Source of the DNA: Carcharhinus longimanus
Lineage: Eukaryota
NCBI GenBank assembly: GCA_030264375.1
Contig: JASCQW010000190.1
Location: 21,159,593-21,221,844, forward strand
Reading direction: 5' to 3'
DNA length: 62,252 nt
Shown here piece by piece: positions 24,897-38,194 of the stretch (positions within the stretch are counted from its first letter, which is position 1; each line of letters opens with the position of its first letter). The translations under genes and the position numbers were made by a program. The notes under the pieces are model-generated. The model was not told the origin of the DNA. It ran no database searches and saw only the letters and a list, made by a program, of their open reading frames with translations.

Positions 24897-25020
24897 GCTG
24901 GAATTTTACAGCTTATCCTCCCCAGAATCAGGGTGAGCAAGACTCACAGTATGGCATTTTCCATTGGCCTCGGGTGGAATCTTACGAGCCTCAGGCAGGC
25001 AAGACAGTAGAATTCTGGCA
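24897..25020. mobile_element. About 125-bp MITE nested in Gypsy gag
   Basis: GGCTGGAATTTTAC...GTAGAATTCTGGC inverted ends, interrupting the gag codons GAC TGG ACA CAA. Confidence 0.7.
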
Positions 25021-25624
25021 CGTGTGTCAAGCGCCTCTGTATTATTTCCAAGCGGAAAAGAAACAAAATGCAAAGCAATTCTCCTAAATGTTTGTGGAAC
25101 TCAGGCATATAACCTTATTTACAGTCGTCTTAGAACCCCAAATGTGCCCAGCTCCGAAACATTCAGCGATGTTCAATTCTCAATTGCAACCTTAACCTTC
25201 AATCATACTCCAGAGATTGAAATATAATGTGAGGTTGAGAGCCCAAACTGAATCGATCATGACTTGCATGGCTTAACTGAAGCAATTATTGGACAGTCAT
25301 GATTTTGGAGTGATTATAATGGCATGTTATGGGATTGGTTAGTCGGCAGCATGAACAACACAGTTCAATGCAGAAGTTGATGTGAATTTTAAATGAGCAA
25401 TGGAGATCGAGCTGGCCATGGAAAGTGCTAAGAAAGGTGCACAAGATCTACAGAAAGCACAAAATGACACTGTCCACCAGTGGGGTGCCAAAACCATTGA
25501 AGTAGCCACGAAGCGGGGAACAATTTCAGCTTCCAACAACAGAAATGATACAGCAGAGGCAATCAGACAGTGATACTTAGAGTGGAATGTTATCGCTGTG
25601 TGGGTAACCACACTCCTGAATCAT

Positions 25625-25932
25625 GGTAGCACGATGGCACAGCGGTTAGCACTGCTGTCTCACAGCACTGGGGACCCGGGTTCGATTCCCGGCTTGGGTC
25701 ACTGTCCGCACATTCTCCCCATGTCTGTGTGGGTTTCCTCTGGGTGCTCCAGTTTCCTCCCACAGTCCAAAGATTTGCAGGTTAGATGGATAGGCAATGC
25801 TAATTTGCCCCTTGGTGTCAGGGGGACAAGAAAGGGTAAATGCATGGGGTTATGGGAATAGGGTCTGGGTGGAATTATAGTCGTGCAGACTTGATGGGCC
25901 AAATGGCCTCCTTCTGGAAGGATTATATGATT
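25625..25932 (+). mobile_element. HE1 SINE nested in Gypsy gag
   Basis: Head TGGCACAGCGGTTAGC...GGTTCGATTCC with a CR1-type tail. Confidence 0.9.
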
Positions 25933-26148
25933 CTTATATGATATCGGTTTAAGGAGGCTGAGTATTTTTATTGTTACAACAGAAGACATTTGAAAAAGCT
26001 GTGCAGAGCTAACTCAGACTGCAGAGTAATTGATCAAGCAAGATGTTACAGGTACACAATGTGGGAGCACCTGGTACCAGTGATTCTGGTATTCACTTTC
26101 CTTTTAATCTGAAAATGCACAAGCCAGATCCTACTACTTTAACGCATA

Positions 26149-28854
26149 ATGCTCTGGGTAAATGGGAAGCCTGTTAAGATGAAGATGGATACAGGGGAAT
26201 CAGCTACAGTAATGGGCAAACATACATTTCAGTACCAGAAAGAGGAAGTCCAACCTTTGAATTTGAAGAGCACTTCTGTCAGATTGAAAACCTATATGGG
26301 TACAATAATAAAAATAAAAGGCACCCCAGTGGTACCTGTAAGCCATGGACAACAGTTTACCCAACTCCCGGTGATAATAATGACTGGTGGAGGACCAAGT
26401 CTCCTCAGCCATGATTGACTGAAAGAAATTAAGTTGAATTGACCTGAGTTCCTTCAAGTGAGGGAAGGGGATTGTGAGAATTGTTGAGGAAATATAAAAA
26501 TATCTTTTGTGATTAATTAGGCAAAATCAAACGGCTACAAGCTAAAATTTACACTGATCCAGAGACAACTCCCTGATTCTTTTGCTGGGCTGGGGGGGGT
26601 GGGGGAACAGATACTATATACCTTACTAGAAAAAGTAGAAGCTGAGTTAAACAGACTGGAAGAACCAGGCATTATCCAATGAGTTCAGTAGTAGGATCTG
26701 CACCTGTAGTTCCCGTGCTGAAAGTGGACAAAACTATCTGCATTTGTGGTGATTATAAGCTAACAGTTAATCAGGATGCTAAGCTGAATTAATATCCAAT
26801 CTCAAGAGTTGAAAACCTGTATGCTAAGCTGGCAGGAGGTCAATCTTACACAAAGTTGAATATGAGTTAGACATACCAACAACTTGAATTAGATGATGCT
26901 TCCTGGGATATGGGGTCATGATAAACACACACAAAAGGCCTATTGCAGTGCACTTTTAACATGTTTTTGGCATGTGCAATATTTCAAAGGACAATGGAGA
27001 GTCCACTACAGGGAATACCATTGGCTGTAGTATATCTTGATGATGTCCATATAACTGGATCAACAGAGGCCAAGCATCCAGCAAACTTAGAAGGGATGTT
27101 AAAGGGATTCCAGGAGGCTGGAGTTCAGCTCAAGAAAGAGAAATACATCTTTCAAGCCACAAGGGTGACCTACCTAGGGCAAGGATTACACCCTGTGAAA
27201 GACAACGTAAGGGTGATCCTCTTACAGACACAATCAAAATCAAATTATTTTGGAGGATAATAGATTACTATGGATGCCTTTTTACTAAACTTATCAAAGA
27301 TGTTGCCCCCCACTCCCGCATCTTCTGCTAAAGAATCATTGGTCTTGGAAGGCTCCCCAGGAGAAAGGTTTCAACAAGCAATTGCTGTCAGTGTAATCCG
27401 ATCCAGCTAAAGAATGGATATTGACTTTTCCATATGATGTTGGTGAGATTTGGGTGCAATGAGTTGGATGATGACTCTGAAAGGCTGATATATTATGTNN
27501 NNNNNNNNNNNNNNNNNNNNNNNNNNNNNNNNNNNNNNNNNNNNNNNNNNNNNNNNNNNNNNNNNNNNNNNNNNNNNNNNNNNNNNNNNNNNNNNNNNNN
27601 NNNNNNNNNNNNNNTTGTTTCTGAGCACTAACCGCGCTTGGCTCTCTTCGAAGAAGACAAGACTATCCCACTGATTGCCTCAGCAAAAATTCAGTGATGG
27701 ACATTAATTCTGAGCACCTATGAATATATTTTCAAACACTGATCTGGAACACACATAATGAATGCAGCCCCTCTATCTAAACACCCTTGCAAAAGGGATT
27801 ATCTGCACTCCAGTGCCACAAGAAATCATTATGTCATTAAATTTTTAGATACATTGCCAGTCTGCAAAGCAGATCAGGAACTGAATCAATCAAGATCCAT
27901 TTCTATCCAAAGTGAGAGACAAAATACTTATCGGATTGGTAAATGAACCAGTTTCTGAGGAACTGAAACCATTACCCACACAAATGAGTTGAGGTGTCAG
28001 GATTGCATCATACTTCAGAGCGCAAACGTAGTTGTTTCTGTACCAGGCAGAGATCTGCACCTAACTGAATTACACAGCACTCATCCTGGCATCTCTAAGA
28101 TGAAGATGCTTGCCAGGGGTTATGTGTTATGGCCAGCTATTGATGCTGTATCAAGAAACTAATCAAACATTGTCAACAGTGCCAAATGCAGTGATGGTTG
28201 CCTGCTGCAGCTCCTCTGCACCCTTGGGAATGGCCTGACCAACTACGGGTATGAACACATATTGATTAGGTTGATCCATTCCTGGGCACTCTGATATTAC
28301 CAATGAAAGATTACACCAGTGCTTTCCAACTCAGTTTGGCTGAAGTCATGATATCAGAAGATGGAGCCGTATTCACACGTGCAGAATTTTAAAACTTCAC
28401 CACTCTCAACGGTATTAAAATATTAGAACTGCGCCTTACCACCCAACATCAAATGGATTGGCTGAGAGAGCTGTCCAAACTTTCAGGAAAGAAAATATCT
28501 GGAGGAATCTTGGAAACCAAAATCTCACAATTCCTCCTTAGCTATCGTACAATTCCATATGCAACAACAGGAGTTCCACCAGCAGAACTGCTAATGAAAT
28601 GCTGTTTCAGAACAAGATTGAGCCTCGTGTTTCCAAATTTACCAGGGAGGATAGAAGCTAGCCAAAGCAATCAGAAAGTAAGCCATGATTCACATAACAT
28701 AGCACATTCAGTTGTGATAAATAAAGATATATATGTGAGAAACTTCAGTAGTAGATCAAGTTGGATGCCGGAATTATTGTCTCTAAGGCCAGACCTCTTC
28801 TATACCACATGGACGTGGAGGGATGGATCATTTGTAAACATATGGATCACTTGA
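26149..28854 (+). pseudogene. pol: Gypsy pol pseudogene (protease, RT, RNase H, integrase) with many stops and frameshifts
   Basis: Protease MDTGESATV (26149-26418). RT FQRTMESPLQGIPLAVVYLDDVHITG (26943-27260). Integrase HSTHPGISKMKMLARGYV (about 28070) and FLLSYRTIPYATTGVPPAELLM (28453-28854). Confidence 0.92.
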
Positions 28855-29197
28855 GGATTAGAGAGATGCTCCAGCAGTCAGTGTTGCCATCGTTAAATGT
28901 TTCCGAATCTGTGAAAACCAAAGTACCTTACTGATCTATTATAGGATAACTGATGCCTCCTTAGCATCAAATAGTGATGAATTACTTGTATTAGAAGAGG
29001 TACTCATTATTGCAGTCAAGGTCAATCCTCAGAAAGGATCCCCAACAACAGAATTGTGCCACTCAATAAGTATCAGGAAACACCCTCCAAGACTGAATTT
29101 ATAAATATTTGAGTCATGTATATAATGTTTATTTAGGATTGAGGGCTAAGTGATTTAGTTATTGAAGATTGTATAAAGGAGATAAAAAGCTGAGCAG

Positions 29198-29417
29198 TGT
29201 GGCGATTGTCCTTTTAAGGGCAACACAGCAGAGTAAGTGTCATCTGACTGGTGTGACCAATCAGAACTCAGAGCAGAGGATCACCTAAGGAGGAGGAATT
29301 CTCCTAGTACAAAGTAATTAAGAACTAGTTGCATTCATAATGGTTCTACAACTACATGACTTGCTAATAAATCCCTTTTTATTCTACTAATGAAGTCTCT
29401 GAATGTGCATCATTGCA
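29198..29417 (+). repeat. Gypsy 3' LTR
   Basis: TGTGGCGATTGTCCTTTTAA...TAATAAATCCC...CTAATGAAGTCTCTGAATGTGCATCATTGCA. Confidence 0.9.
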
Positions 29418-32084
29418 ATGTGTAAGCTCAGAAACGAAAGACAGTCATAATGGTGAGGGTGCCAGAAGTTGCCAATGTCTATCAAACCTAGAAAGAGACA
29501 GCACATTCACAAGGAGTGAACTTTGGGGGTGAAAAGGTTTTAGTGCTATTGAGGAATCTAGTAGCACAGCAGTTAAAATATTGTCTGCAACTATTGCACT
29601 TGCAGGTTCCAGTCTCAATAATAACAAAGCTGAATCTGCTGAGCTTATGAACAGATTGTTACCTTAATTTGCAATGTTAGAACAGTGACTACATTTTAAA
29701 AGTACAGTGCTTTCGAACATTCTGAGGTCATGAAAGGCACTGGATAAAATCAGCTAATTGCCAGGATTTGCATGGCATCTACATTGAGTGAAAACAGTAG
29801 GCACTCCTCTTTCGCTCAGGCATCGCATAAATCCTGTCAGCTGCACAATAGAATGGGAACTGTGTTCGAGTCAATGGCCTATTTGCTTACCCTTCAATTA
29901 TTGGAGTAAATGTGGGTGCGAGGGGGGACAAGGTGGTGGTTGGATATAACCTAACTACAATAATGCATATTTCTTCTGTAAGAATCATTTTGCATGGTCG
30001 TTGGGATGCAATATAGAAACCACTTTGTACACAATTTCAACTTCAGAATTTAAGTGGAGAAATGTTACATTGAGCTTCATAAGTAGGTTTACGGGTGTAA
30101 AAAGTATGTGCATATTTGATTTTTGATGGTCTTGAATTGTAGCATTAGATGAGAAAACAAAGACACAGCACGGTTATAAGACCATCAGAAGTAGCCAGCG
30201 ATTTCTGAACAAAGCCACCTACCATTTTCCACTCAGCAGGGAAATACATTATATAAATGACTGTCTTGTTTTTTTGTGTCTTGTGATTAGAGGACTGTGA
30301 TTGTGAGTGATAGAGATGAGTTTCCTGGTGTGCCGGAATAGAAGGAGAAACAAGAGTCATCTTCTGATACAAAGACAGCAATTCTCCCAATGGCTGGCTG
30401 AATTATCCAAGCTAAGAACCATCATTACTCTCTTCCCAAACACCTTAGGAGTTTTTTTTTAACAAAGGTAATTATCTTTTATAATTGGTGTGATATTTTT
30501 CAATAGCAAAATTTTCAACTTGAAAGTGCAGATGTTGTTAGCAAAAATTGACAGTGCATCTTTTTGTATGTGTATTTGTGGCTATGATCACTGAATTTAA
30601 AATACAGATTCTTGGGCAGCAATACGTTTCCAGTTGTCAAGATCCTAATACTTATTAGACAATGACAGACATAGTCTAACTATGTTTAGTTCACAGCACA
30701 CTTCTTGATGAAGAAATTACATTTATTTTATATACAATTTTTGTAGAATGAACTGTAACACTAATACTGAATTACTGGGTGGTCAAGGTGTTTACTCCTG
30801 CAGATGTGGTCGGTCGTGGTTGTGTGTGACACTGGAATTTGGTCACAATGCCCAGTGAACTTTGTCACCTCTCCATTGGGTGCTTGGTAGGAAATCTCCC
30901 CTCAGGGAAAAGCAGTCTCGCCAAGTCAATGGCCTGTTGACTTCCCTTTTCCTTTGGTTGAAGCATGAAGATACCTTACACTGGGAGGTCACACACCATC
31001 CCACAGCCCTCATACCAGTAGGGCAGAAACTGATTCATATGAGAGGCAGGAGGTTGATTATAAATTGATGGGATTAAATAACTTTGTGTTATGAGCCTAT
31101 AAAGACCTTCTTCGCAGACCTTCTGTCCTTCTTTTCGAGATATTTCATTTTCCAGTTGAAAGGTGATGAGACAACTTGCTCTTTGACTCTCCCAAAGCTG
31201 CTTTTGATCCAGCCGCAAACAGCTTAAGCCACAATGCCAGAAGCGGGCAGTCACACATTTCTCAAACCCTGATACAACTCTTTCCCAGGCAACATCATTA
31301 CCTGGAACTTAATCCCTCATGCACAAGAGGTGAAATGCAGAGGTAAATGTGACTTGCTGCACTGGAATTACTGGAGAATATATCAAAATAGGAATACATG
31401 ACTTGCCACCCTTGTTAAACTTATTCTCAGTCTTTCTTTACTCCCAGCAACCATCAGGGTCAAATGCAGCCAAATTTTCCCTTGTTGCAGTAGTCTCTGG
31501 CTGTCACCAAATAGACAATAAGTAGGAAAATCAGGATAAATTGCAAACTGATTGTTCCCTTACTGCCTGAGGGGATGTTTCTGCCACTGCAACTCCTGTT
31601 GGCTCAGTCAGTTTCAGGGATTTGTCGTGTGGTATGTTGGGTATTGCAGGCATAAACCTGTGAACAATTATTCCATTGTAAACTGCATTGAACATCAACA
31701 CATTGCCTCACTCAACAAACCCTCTATTTTTTGTAGAGCCCAGTGAACTTGTTTAAGTGCACAGACCCTTTACTTCCTTTTGCATCAATGCACGTGGGTG
31801 GTAACTTAAAGGTACCAATTTACGCATGGCCTGTGCACAGGCTTTAAAGTGCTGCAGCTATGACGTCTAGAGGGGACATTGGCCTCAATCCCACAATCTT
31901 TTGTGAATGAATTTTAAAACCTAACAAATTAATCTAAGAATACGAGTCTGGGTAAAGAGAACAAAATATTTTTGATAGCTTCCTCTCCCTATTCCAGTTC
32001 TGAAAGATTACAAAATTATTCATGCTTTGTAATTGACAAAAATGGGATATTCTTCAATGAAGGCTTTGTGGAAAATTAAAAGCC

Positions 32085-32180
32085 GGATTAGGCTATTGAA
32101 TGATCAGCCAATGAATGGCGGAACAGGCTCGAAAGGCCAAATGGCCTCCTCCTGCTCCTATCTTCTGTGTTTCTATGTTT
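32085..32180 (+). mobile_element. CR1 3' tail fragment
   Basis: GATCAGCCAATGAATGGCGGAACAGGCTCGAAAGGCCAAATGGCCTCCTCCTGCTCCTATCTTCTGTGTTTCTATG. Confidence 0.85.
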
Positions 32181-32605
32181 CATTTGTGGCACAGAGAAAT
32201 TTATAACTGACTTTCTAATCAGTGGTAGAACATCAAAAAGGGAGGGGGAGTGTAGGAGAGTGTTGTGGGGTTGGCTGGAATCGCAGGGAGCGGGGAGGTT
32301 GGGCGGTGGAATCCTGTTATCACTCTTGAGCACTTCAGCATGGAAACCCAATCAGATAGTTTTAACTTTGACAAATTTCACTTCAAAATAATTAACTCTT
32401 GATCTAACCAAATATAGTGATATTCTCAGAACTCAAGTAATGTTTCACAACTTCCTTAACAAGTTGGAAATTCAGACTATTATCAAGACGATATGGTAAG
32501 TTATGTTAGTCACACCACATGTAGGAAACTTAGAAGGACAAAAGCATCCCTCAGTGATGATAATTTTGGAATACTGGTATATATTCCAACATATATATTG
32601 TCACT

Positions 32606-32705
32606 AAAACAGAAAGTGCTGGGAAATCTCAGCAAGTCTGACAGCATCTATGGAGAGAGAATAGAGCCAATGTTTTGAATGAGGATGACTCTTATTTCAG
32701 AGCGA
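32606..32705 (-). mobile_element. Penelope-derived short repeat (second family), degenerate
   Basis: Reverse complement of the 41010-41112 end (GACCTGCTGAGATTTTCCAGCATTTTC). Confidence 0.6.
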
Positions 32706-33424
32706 ATGAGATGTACATAACTCCCAGTTTTATAACTGTATGGATNNNNNNNNNNNNNNNNNNNNNNNNNNNNNNNNNNNNNNNNNNNNNNNNNNNNNNN
32801 NNNNNNNNNNNNNNNNNNNNNNNNNNNNNNNNNNNNNNNNNNNNNNNNNNNNNNNNNNNNNNNNNNNNNNNNNNNNNNNNNNNNNNNNNNNNNNNNNNNN
32901 NNNNNNNNNNNNNNNNNNNNNNNNNNNNNNNNNNNNNNNNNNNNNNNNNNNNNNNNNNNNNNNNNNNNNNNNNNNNNNNNNNNNNNNNNNNNNNNNNNNN
33001 NNNNNNNNNNNNNNNNNNNNNNNNNNNNNNNNNNNNNNNNNNNNNNNNNNNNNNNNNNNNNNNNNNNNNNNNNNNNNNNNNNNNNNNNNNNNNNNNNNNN
33101 NNNNNNNNNNNNNNNNNNNNNNNNNNNNNNNNNNNNNNNNNNNNNNNNNNNNNNNNNNNNNNNNNNNNNNNNNNNNNNNNNNNNNNNNNNNNNNNNNNNN
33201 NNNNNNNNNNNNNNNNNNNNNNNNNNNNNNNNNNNNNNNNNNNNNNNNNNNNNNNNNNNNNNNNNNNNNNNNNNNNNNNNNNNNNNNNNNNNNNNNNNNN
33301 NNNNNNNNNNNNNNNNNNNNNNNNNNNNNNNNNNNNNNNNNNNNNNNNNNNNNNNNNNNNNNNNNNNNNNNNNNNNNNNNNNNNNNNNNNNNNNNNNNNN
33401 NNNNNNNNNNNNNNNNNNNNNNNN

Positions 33425-33730
33425 TTCTATAATAGGGTGACCAGAATTGCACACAGTATTCCAAGTGTGGCCTTACCAATGTTTTGTACAACTTCAACAA
33501 GGCGTCCCAACTCCTGTATTTAACATTCTGACTGATGAAGCCAAGCATTCCGAATGCCTCCTTCACCACTCTGTTCATCTATGATTCCACTTTCAAGGAG
33601 CTATGAACCTGTACCCCTAGATCTCTTTGTTCTGTAACTCTCCCGAACACCCTACAATTAACTGAGTAAGTCCTGAGGTGGTTCAATCTACTAAAATGCA
33701 TCACCCCACATCTGTCTAAATTAAACTCCA
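33425..33730 (-). mobile_element. CR1 LINE fragment (continues into the gap)
   Basis: LKLYKTLVRPHLEYCVQFWSPYYR. Confidence 0.9.
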
Positions 33731-33786
33731 GGGACGTGGGTTAGGGAAGGGGTGGAGAGCAGTCAGAGATGTTTAAAACAGACAGG

Positions 33787-33832
33787 AAATGTACAGACTG
33801 GTCTTACACAAATGTACAGACTGGTCTTACAC
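33787..33832 (+). repeat. Perfect 23-bp tandem duplication
   Basis: AAATGTACAGACTGGTCTTACAC x2. Confidence 0.9.
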
Positions 33833-33865
33833 AAGATATACCCATTCACAATGCAGCATTTGAAT

Positions 33866-34166
33866 GGGTGGCAGGGCGGCACAGTGGTTAGCACTGCTGC
33901 CTCACAACTCCAGGGATCCAGATTCAATTCCCAGCTTGTCTGTGCAAAGTCTGCACATTCTCCCTGTGTCTGTGTGGGCTTCCTCTGGGTGCTCCGGTTT
34001 CTTCCCACAGTCTGAACGACGTGTTGGTTAGGTGTATTAGCCATGCTAAATTCTCTCTCAGTGTACCCAAACAGGTGCCGGAGTGTGGCAACTAGGGCAT
34101 TTTCACAGTAACTTCATTGCAATATTAATATAAGCCTACTTGTGGCACGAATAGATAAACTTAAAC
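33866..34166 (+). mobile_element. V-SINE, alternative tail
   Basis: Complete copy with tail TTTTCACAGTAACTTCATTGC...CCTACTTGTGGCACGAATAGATAAACTTAAAC. Confidence 0.9.
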
Positions 34167-34863
34167 TGAATATGGATAATGCTCTAACTTGAGCCATTAC
34201 TAGAGAGGGACAAATTGTTGGCCATGACACCTTAAATCTGTTCACCCAGATAAGAAAGTTAGATCTGATTGTGCAAAAATGAGGAAGCAAGTATCACTGG
34301 AGCCAGAACATAATGATTCACGTTAACTAATGGGTTTTAATATTAGCCTGAAACTGTAGTTCAGTGTTATGAACACAAAGCATTTATTTGAGTTTTTTAT
34401 TTATTTCCAATGGACTGTGAAATCATCTCATATATAAAGTCATTGAAACTTTAATAATAACACATATTTTAAAATTTAAACATGAACAGAAGTACAGTAC
34501 ATACAAAAATAATCAACCATTTTAAAGAACTGTTCTCTGTCAATCTGAAGTATTATCGAAATGGCTTTACTTTTAACTATGGAACATTGAAAGATAAGTC
34601 AAGATTCTATGTTTTGCTACTGTTGCACTGAAAGCAGTATTTTTAACCTGATTTTAAGATGTCACTCAAAGCATTTGACTTGCACATAAAGCAGCATTAT
34701 CCGATGATCACATGCTAGACTTAGTTTTTATATCGCAATCCCTTTGTAAATGATGGGGGTGTGGGAGTTTGGGGCAGTGAATCTGATGGTGGGAACTAGA
34801 GGCGAGGTGAATTGATATATTTTTGTATCAATATAACATCTTTGTAAATCCTAATGTATATCA

Positions 34864-35901
34864 GGCCAGGATTCCCCCCAAAATATTCCAAGTGTCGAAT
34901 TTGCGTGGGAACAGGAGTAACATGCTGGTTTTTTAAGTGGGACTTCAGAGAAGAATGTCCCACACTTTGTGCACTGCTGAGTGCACAATATGATTCACTC
35001 TAGAATTCAGTGGGCAGGGCCAGTCAGAATTCAGTGTCAGCGCCAAGATGGGCACATGTGCAGTGGCCCCGGTCTGCCGGCCTCCCGATTGCTGGCCGGA
35101 TTGATTGCTGACCTGAGCCCTGTGACCTTGCAACGTTTCCCCACTGATGCCCCCATGACTAGATTGCTGGCCCACCCAAACATTCCTGGGCCAGCCCCGA
35201 ACCCCCGGTCCGCCCCCATCTCCAGCCCTCCAACAGTCCCAACCACTCTCCTCCGCCCTCCACCCCCCACTCCACTCCCCTCTCCCCCCCTTCACACCCC
35301 GCCCCCCCATCCCCAACCCTGAGCCCAAATGGCCAGCCCCGATCATTGGCCTCCCTCCCTCCCCACTGATCCCAAATGCAGAGTGGCAGTGGGACCCCCA
35401 ACCCCAACTGATTAGCCTACCAGGCCCCACCCCCATTAGGCTCTGCCCCCTTGACACTGCCCCCGGTCTGACGGGCAGTGCCAAGGTGCCCCCTGGGCAT
35501 TGGTTCTTTGCCCCTTGGGCAGTGCCAGGGGTCCAGGGGGTTCAGGCAGTTCAGGCAACCGTTCCAACAGCGTGACCTCCCCCTGGGAGGCCCCAATTGC
35601 CCCCCTTCACTCCAGTGAGGTCGGGCCACCAGCTCCCCAAAAGTGGGGAGCTACTTTAAACCCCACTGGAATGAAATACTCCTGGCAAGGATGGGAGATG
35701 GTAGTGGGCCCAGAGATTTCAGTCCTGGGGCCCGCTAATAGCATTAAAATCACATTTAAATTGGAATTTATATGAACTGATGGTGCTGGGAGATATGCTC
35801 AAGACCAGACACCCAGTGCGGATACCACGGATCAGGTGCTGCCTAAATCTCCCAGCCCACTGCACTAAACAATTAGCACAGCAGGGTGGGAGAATTGTCC
35901 C
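34864..35901. mobile_element. About 1-kb non-autonomous DNA transposon (Harbinger-like)
   Basis: Imperfect TIRs GGCCAGGATTCCCC / TGGGAGAATTGTCCC with a GC-rich, C-skewed non-coding interior. Confidence 0.7.
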
Positions 35902-38194
35902 ACCTCTGCACAAAACTGTCCCCCATTTTACTGTTGCACTTTTGCTGAAGTGGCTCCTACATTCTTCATTTAAAGGATGTTCATAAAACTTGGATTGAGG
36001 TGCAATTTATACACGAGATCTTGCGTCAATGAAACTAGCTATACTTAAAATAGTGAAATTTTAATTCTATTTAAATGGCAATGCAACAACTTCTGTGACA
36101 TCATATTGGCAGTAGTAATTGACTTAACCTGCTTGGATAATCTGATTGCGTATCAGACAGATTGTTCATTTTCAGCAGATAGACAGCAGCAACACAGCAT
36201 GATTGAAGTCACATGCATAGGGATGTGACACATGAGAATAAAAGACTGCAGTAACATGGAATTATAGAGAGGTGCTGGTCGACATTATTACTATTTCTTC
36301 CCTGTGCTTGGAGTCTCTTTGCTACTATTATTGGAGCAGGAACTGTATTCACTATTAATTAAAATTAGACATGTCTTAGCAGTAAAGTATAAAGGAATAA
36401 AGGAATATTGTCATTCAGAATTCTATTTTTCTAACTTCATTATGTGTTTGCTTTAAATAAAACTGCATTCTACAGAAAGAAACAAAGCATCTCATTGTCA
36501 GAATCCTAATTCAGGTTAGTTGGAATTGCATTAATTGAGTCTCATTTTGAATTACATCAAAGGCGAATATATTTACTTGAATAGATTAGTACTTTTGGCC
36601 TTGTTTTATCTTCACACTATATTTTGCTTAATATTTATGTCTCTTATTTCCTTTGTCTCACATGCTAGGAAACAGTTCATTTTAAATATTCCTGTGAATT
36701 AATGTTTAATAAAGTCATACTACGACATCTATAAATAATTAATAGTTTAATAAAATATTATTGCATTGCTATGAATAACCAAGAAATGTTGAATGTGACA
36801 AAAAAATGCCGTGTCATTTTCTGATTCATTACTTGTGTTTAGACAGAAACCTTCAGTGTCACAACCTCCAGATGTTTTGTCATATGCTTGCTTACATATT
36901 GTTAGTTGTGTACGGTAGAAGCATTTTGTTATTAAAATTTGTAATTCAACTCAACAAATCAACAGCATATGTTAAAAACATATATGTAATAATATATACT
37001 TCACCTACAATGAAGTACTATTCATCAAAGGTTTGACAACAGTTACATTTGTCCAGATGCAATGCTTCCCTCTCCACATGACAATTTTCCAGTATTCGAG
37101 TAATGGCTTTAAAACACGAGTACATCACAAACCAGGAAGCTGTAACAATCTTGAGAAACAGACAAAGGAAAACGCTTGCCTTGATTCGTCTAATCTCTCT
37201 CGAACCTAGAGTTTCCAATACTTTGTACTGTTTCGCCAGCACGATTTGTCTGAATTCGGCCAAAATAAAGCATCAGAGATCAAGGAATTTTAAACACAAG
37301 TCAGTTAAGCATAAATAGGAATTCCACAATCTTTTATACAAGTTTTTTTTTTAAAAAATCATGTGGGAAGCCAGCCATAGCCATAAAACTGTCCCTGCCA
37401 AAATTAATTACATAGCATCTTCTCACTAATTGCTCTCATTGTAGTCCTTCAAGGAAATTAAGCTTTATTTTCACAAAGTTTTTTAAAATGCAAGAAACTG
37501 TCTATGGTGCACACCAATGAAACTAAAGGTTTTGCTTTGTTTTCATTAAAAGGCATTTTCAAATCTTTAAAATCAGGTTACTCACACAGGGAACTTATTA
37601 AGATGCTTATGTTGTTTTGTGATAAATTAATTTTTAACTGTATTGATAAAACAACACTTGGTGCTTAAATGTATCGAGGAACATGTTTTACTGCAAAGGA
37701 AAAAGTAAACTATTATCCTCTATGATACTGTTTGATAGCATTCATTCATGGAAGATGTTACATTCAGCCATATGCAAATAGGTTTTAGCTATATTACTCA
37801 ATTCAGGACAGCTGGCACAATTTCAACAGTATTTTGCGTCAGGATTGCTGATGTGTGCAATGTGGAAACTCCATCCTGATTTGAAAGAACAACATTGGGA
37901 TTCACATCACATTTAAAAATATGTAAGTTAATAAAAGAATGTAAATATCTAGAAGGAAAAAAAGCACCCTTCTTATGGTATAAAGCATTTGGACAATTAC
38001 TATGTGTCTGTTTCTAAGCTATCTGCCAGTATAGGGGGTGCAAACTTTCCCCACTGGGTAGGAAAGGATTGCTTCAGAGGCTAATCTAGAGTGGCTCCTT
38101 TATTTGTTCCCTTCTCGCCAATCACTGATCTTACAGTTGTTGGTTTTGGTGGTATCTGAGGTAAATACACAAATGATAACCTCATTCATGAAGG

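Larger units (their letters stand above)
24164..29417 (+). mobile_element. Decayed Ty3/Gypsy LTR retrotransposon (full structure)
   Basis: Two homologous TG...CA LTRs (24164-24379 and 29198-29417), a purine-rich tract before the 3' LTR, a gag remnant (DWTQ), and PR-RT-RH-IN domain order. Confidence 0.92.

Noticed and set aside
32648-33578. Long ORFs (230-282 aa) in the ORF track, and similar ones at 45401-45927, 46329-46838 and 47912-48509
   Set aside because: They consist mostly of N gaps translated as X; the real parts are CR1, Rex1 or minisatellite sequence.
34945-35484. 179-aa Gly-rich and 113-aa Pro-rich ORFs
   Set aside because: By-product of the GC-skewed interior of a non-autonomous DNA transposon.
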